Positions 61,642 through 64,000 of a DNA stretch of 64,000 nucleotides are shown piece after piece. The notes under the pieces are model-generated. The model was not told the DNA's origin, made no database searches, and saw nothing but the letters and a program-made list of their open reading frames with translations. Positions within the stretch are counted from its first letter, which is position 1; each line of letters starts with the position of its first letter. Source of the DNA: Escherichia phage EcWhh-1; sequence record MH791409.1; one strand, given 5' to 3'. The position numbers and the translations under genes were made by a program.

Positions 61642-61979
61642 TCACTTCTGCAATATTCTAAAAATAATTTATCGTTGTCTACCGTATCCCAACGACGCCA
61701 AGATGGATTCCAGACCAGAGCGTTGTCACCACAATCATTGAGCTTAAAATGGTCGTAGTACATAGCTATACGTCTAGTTTCGTCACCAGAGAACCCCAGT
61801 ATAGGCTCACCATGGGTGTGATACATATGATGGTGCATTGAGAGGTCGCATTTGTAAAACATCTCACGTTTACCACGAACGAACAAGAAGGCTTGCCCAT
61901 TCATATAGAATTCTTTGTCTGTTTTCAAAAGATATTTGAATACCGAATCTTTATGCATAAATCCTCCTACCACATCCAT
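61629..61979 (-). CDS. hypothetical His-rich protein
   Basis: track ORF 116 aa; start probably internal. Confidence 0.35.
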   Translation of the reverse strand: MDVVGGFMHKDSVFKYLLKTDKEFYMNGQAFLFVRGKREMFYKCDLSMHHHMYHTHGEPILGFSGDETRRIAMYYDHFKLNDCGDNALVWNPSWRRWDTVDNDKLFLEYCRSDVQL

Positions 61980-61988
61980 GTGGTTAAA

Positions 61989-62216
61989 TTATTTTCCTAA
62001 CGAAACACGAGTAGGTTTTTTACCAAAATAGTCTTCGTAAGAACCATCTAAACGACCTGCTTTAGACCGACAATACGAATCATACTTTTTGTAATAAGTC
62101 ATCTCAGTATTATAACGTGGGTGTCTATCGGCCATAATAATACTTAGTGGCCAACCTTTGGCATAATCGCGAAGACCGTTTATTTTACGAATGTATCGTT
62201 TTTTCAATTTTAGCAT
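61989..62216 (-). CDS. hypothetical basic protein
   Basis: track ORF 75 aa. Confidence 0.4.
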   Translation of the reverse strand: MLKLKKRYIRKINGLRDYAKGWPLSIIMADRHPRYNTEMTYYKKYDSYCRSKAGRLDGSYEDYFGKKPTRVSLGK

Positions 62217-62434
62217 GAGCTTGGGTACCAGATTTCACCATCGGCACGAGCAACGAAGGTGCGACCAGCTTCTTCACCATAACAAGAGCTATTCAGCCAA
62301 TCTTCGAGACGAACTTCACCGTCATAATCGTCGAGCTCAACACCAAAATCCTGAGCAGAAGCCATATCTTTTACTTTCTTATACAGTGCAGCCAGTTCAA
62401 GTGCCGCTTTTTCTAATTCATTAATAGTAGTCAT
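62210..62434 (-). CDS. Cys-tail small protein family, member 5
   Basis: start moved to MTTINELEKAALELAALYKK (ATG with AAGGTGA Shine-Dalgarno); ends ...GEIWYPSSC; also has internal DWLNSSC. Confidence 0.5.
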   Translation of the reverse strand: MTTINELEKAALELAALYKKVKDMASAQDFGVELDDYDGEVRLEDWLNSSCYGEEAGRTFVARADGEIWYPSSC

Positions 62435-62444
62435 TTTTATCACC

Positions 62445-62654
62445 TTAGCAAGACATAGAGGAGCTAAACCAGAAACCTTCACCTTCAGGAATACCGTAAT
62501 CATCACGGACCCATTCGTAATCATCATATTCCGGACTAGAAGCTGGAATATATTCTTCGCCACCAGCGTGGAAGTGCTGACCTGTTTCGTCAGCCACGGA
62601 CTGGCCTTTACGTACTAATTCACGGATTTGTTTTTCAATTTCATCAATAGTCAT
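62445..62654 (-). CDS. Cys-tail small protein family, member 4
   Basis: 69 aa; ends ...GEGFWFSSSMSC. Confidence 0.5.
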   Translation of the reverse strand: MTIDEIEKQIRELVRKGQSVADETGQHFHAGGEEYIPASSPEYDDYEWVRDDYGIPEGEGFWFSSSMSC

Positions 62655-62663
62655 TTTATTTCC

Positions 62664-62861
62664 TTAGCATTCGTAAGAGGAGGACACCCAGGAGCCACCT
62701 GTAATTGTAATACAGCCATTGTAAATCGTGATATGACGGTCCAGATGGTTTTCACCATCGATATAGATATCAGCTTCTTCGCGTTCTTCTTTACAAATCT
62801 GGATAACGTTTTCAATAGCTGCGGCTGCAGTACGGATTGCACAATCTAGTTCACGAGACAT
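62664..62861 (-). CDS. Cys-tail small protein family, member 3
   Basis: 65 aa; ends ...TGGSWVSSSYEC. Confidence 0.5.
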   Translation of the reverse strand: MSRELDCAIRTAAAAIENVIQICKEEREEADIYIDGENHLDRHITIYNGCITITGGSWVSSSYEC

Positions 62862-62870
62862 AATAATTCC

Positions 62871-63152
62871 TTAACATTCAGAAGAAGAGGACACCCAACC
62901 ACCATTTTCTAGGCTGGTAGTGTAATCATGTTGGTTTACAATAGCGTACTGAGCTTCACCGTATTCTTCCCAGTGGGCAAGGTCGGCTTTCAGGGCGCCA
63001 GGAGAATAATAGTCACCGCCCATACCGCGAGCAGGGTATATATTAAAATGAGTCTCATATTTGTTAGCAATTTCCTCAGCACGTCGAATAGCTTTATGGA
63101 TATCATTTACTGCTTTGGCCAGCTCTTTATTTTTACGGTAATCATTCATCAT
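62871..63152 (-). CDS. Cys-tail small protein family, member 2
   Basis: 93 aa; ends ...ENGGWVSSSSEC. Confidence 0.5.
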   Translation of the reverse strand: MMNDYRKNKELAKAVNDIHKAIRRAEEIANKYETHFNIYPARGMGGDYYSPGALKADLAHWEEYGEAQYAIVNQHDYTTSLENGGWVSSSSEC

Positions 63153-63161
63153 AGTGTTTCC

Positions 63162-63452
63162 TTAGCACATTGCTGAAGAGGAGACCCAAGCACCAACTGT
63201 AACGACACCATTTTCAACTTCACCGCCGTTGTTTTCAATTTCATCTTTAAACCACTGGGAGCATTCATAACCGACAGGATAATATGTACGGCCTGAACCA
63301 TAATCACCGGTGCCGAATTGGATACCATACTTATCGGCAATAGCTTCGCATTCATGTTCGATGGCATCTACTTTATTCAGAAGAGCATAGATAGCCTTTT
63401 CTGCAGATTTCTCGTCATTGTGTTCTGGGATTTCAATTTCAATTTTATTCAT
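63162..63452 (-). CDS. Cys-tail small protein family, member 1
   Basis: 96 aa; ends ...TVGAWVSSSAMC. Confidence 0.5.
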   Translation of the reverse strand: MNKIEIEIPEHNDEKSAEKAIYALLNKVDAIEHECEAIADKYGIQFGTGDYGSGRTYYPVGYECSQWFKDEIENNGGEVENGVVTVGAWVSSSAMC

Positions 63453-63838
63453 GATTTACATTCCTTAATAAAGGTTTCAAGGTCATTACGTTTAGTTTGT
63501 TTTACATACTCATTATAATTAGCCATCTCTAAAGCATATCTCTTACGGATGGGAGCATTCAAAGCATTTGTATGGCAAATATCATACACGAGAGGGATAA
63601 AATAGGCCACAACTGCTGGAGCGATTATCATATAGAAACCCATCTCAATAGGTGTGACTCCTTCGATTACAGCCATAACCACGGTCATTACCAGGCCAAT
63701 TAGGCCACCAAGCATGGCTGTAACAATCCCTAATAATAAATTGGCACCAATATCATATTCAGCCAATTGATAAACATGCGATGAAAGACTAGGCCGTTCC
63801 ATTTTGAACCTCTTTAGCGTATTCACGGCATTCAGCAA
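63449..63838 (-). CDS. integral membrane protein
   Basis: 129 aa with two long hydrophobic helices. Confidence 0.45.
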   Translation of the reverse strand: MLNAVNTLKRFKMERPSLSSHVYQLAEYDIGANLLLGIVTAMLGGLIGLVMTVVMAVIEGVTPIEMGFYMIIAPAVVAYFIPLVYDICHTNALNAPIRKRYALEMANYNEYVKQTKRNDLETFIKECKS

Positions 63839-63989
63839 TAAAGCGATTAAGCTTCCGTTGTTGTTTACGACTTTCTAATGTGTACTCAGCAGTTAAGATA
63901 CCAAGCTCGGCTTTATCATAATTTTTAATATCAGTGTAAGATGGTCGACGGTCGACCATTCCAAATACATCACCATTTTCTAAAGCCAC
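63789..63989 (-). CDS. hypothetical small protein
   Basis: track ORF 66 aa near the window edge. Confidence 0.3.
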   Translation of the reverse strand: MALENGDVFGMVDRRPSYTDIKNYDKAELGILTAEYTLESRKQQRKLNRFIAECREYAKEVQNGTA

Positions 63990-64000
63990 ATAGCATACTA

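Noticed and set aside
757-62849. About 80 plus-strand track ORFs of 60-150 aa lying inside minus-strand genes (for example 757..993, 7533..7967, 15890..16321, 25961..26287, 35832..36227, 61286..61741)
   Set aside because: Each is fully embedded antisense in a well-supported minus-strand gene, lacks an RBS, and has the biased composition expected from the complementary strand of coding sequence. The only plus-strand ORF retained is 13215..13415.
1-64000. CRISPR arrays, rRNA genes and the T4 tRNA cluster
   Set aside because: No regularly spaced direct repeats, no rRNA-like conserved stretches and no convincing cloverleaf candidates were seen in the intergenic gaps. In T4 the tRNA cluster lies beyond the e.x genes and may be just outside this window.

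Overview
The window reads as a contiguous ~64 kb early/middle-gene block of a T4-like (Tevenvirinae) myovirus, colinear with T4 from gene 39 through dexA, dda, modA/B, soc, 56, 61, 41, 40, uvsX, 42, imm, 43, regA, 62, 44, 45, 46, 47, 55, 49, nrdC, rI, tk, regB, denV, internal proteins, e and nudE. Essentially every convincing gene is on the minus strand. All assignments come from reading the translated ORFs against remembered T4 protein sequences and motifs; no database search was run. The ORF track often begins at TTG/GTG, so several starts were moved to an ATG with a Shine-Dalgarno sequence, and coordinates may be off by a few nucleotides. The most interesting content is a translationally coupled operon at 20.0-24.2 kb, sitting where T4 has beta-glucosyltransferase. 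It encodes a dCMP hydroxymethylase, a P-loop kinase, a HAD phosphatase, a fused sugar-1-phosphate nucleotidyltransferase/APH-like kinase and an unrecognisable 297-aa protein, which together look like a phage-supplied NDP-sugar pathway for a non-glucose 5-hmC modification. No alpha-gt-like gene is present between 47 and 55, and no nrdD/nrdG between 55 and 49. Other notable items are a tandem array of five small paralogs ending in a W-x-SSS-x-x-Cys tail (62.2-63.5 kb), three tandem 8-codon mini-ORFs, a dispersed RPTKRQ-motif small-protein family, a Pol-beta-type nucleotidyltransferase, a macro-domain protein, a periplasmic lytic transglycosylase, and about 20 copies of a conserved early-promoter cassette. 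No rRNA, tRNA or CRISPR array was found.
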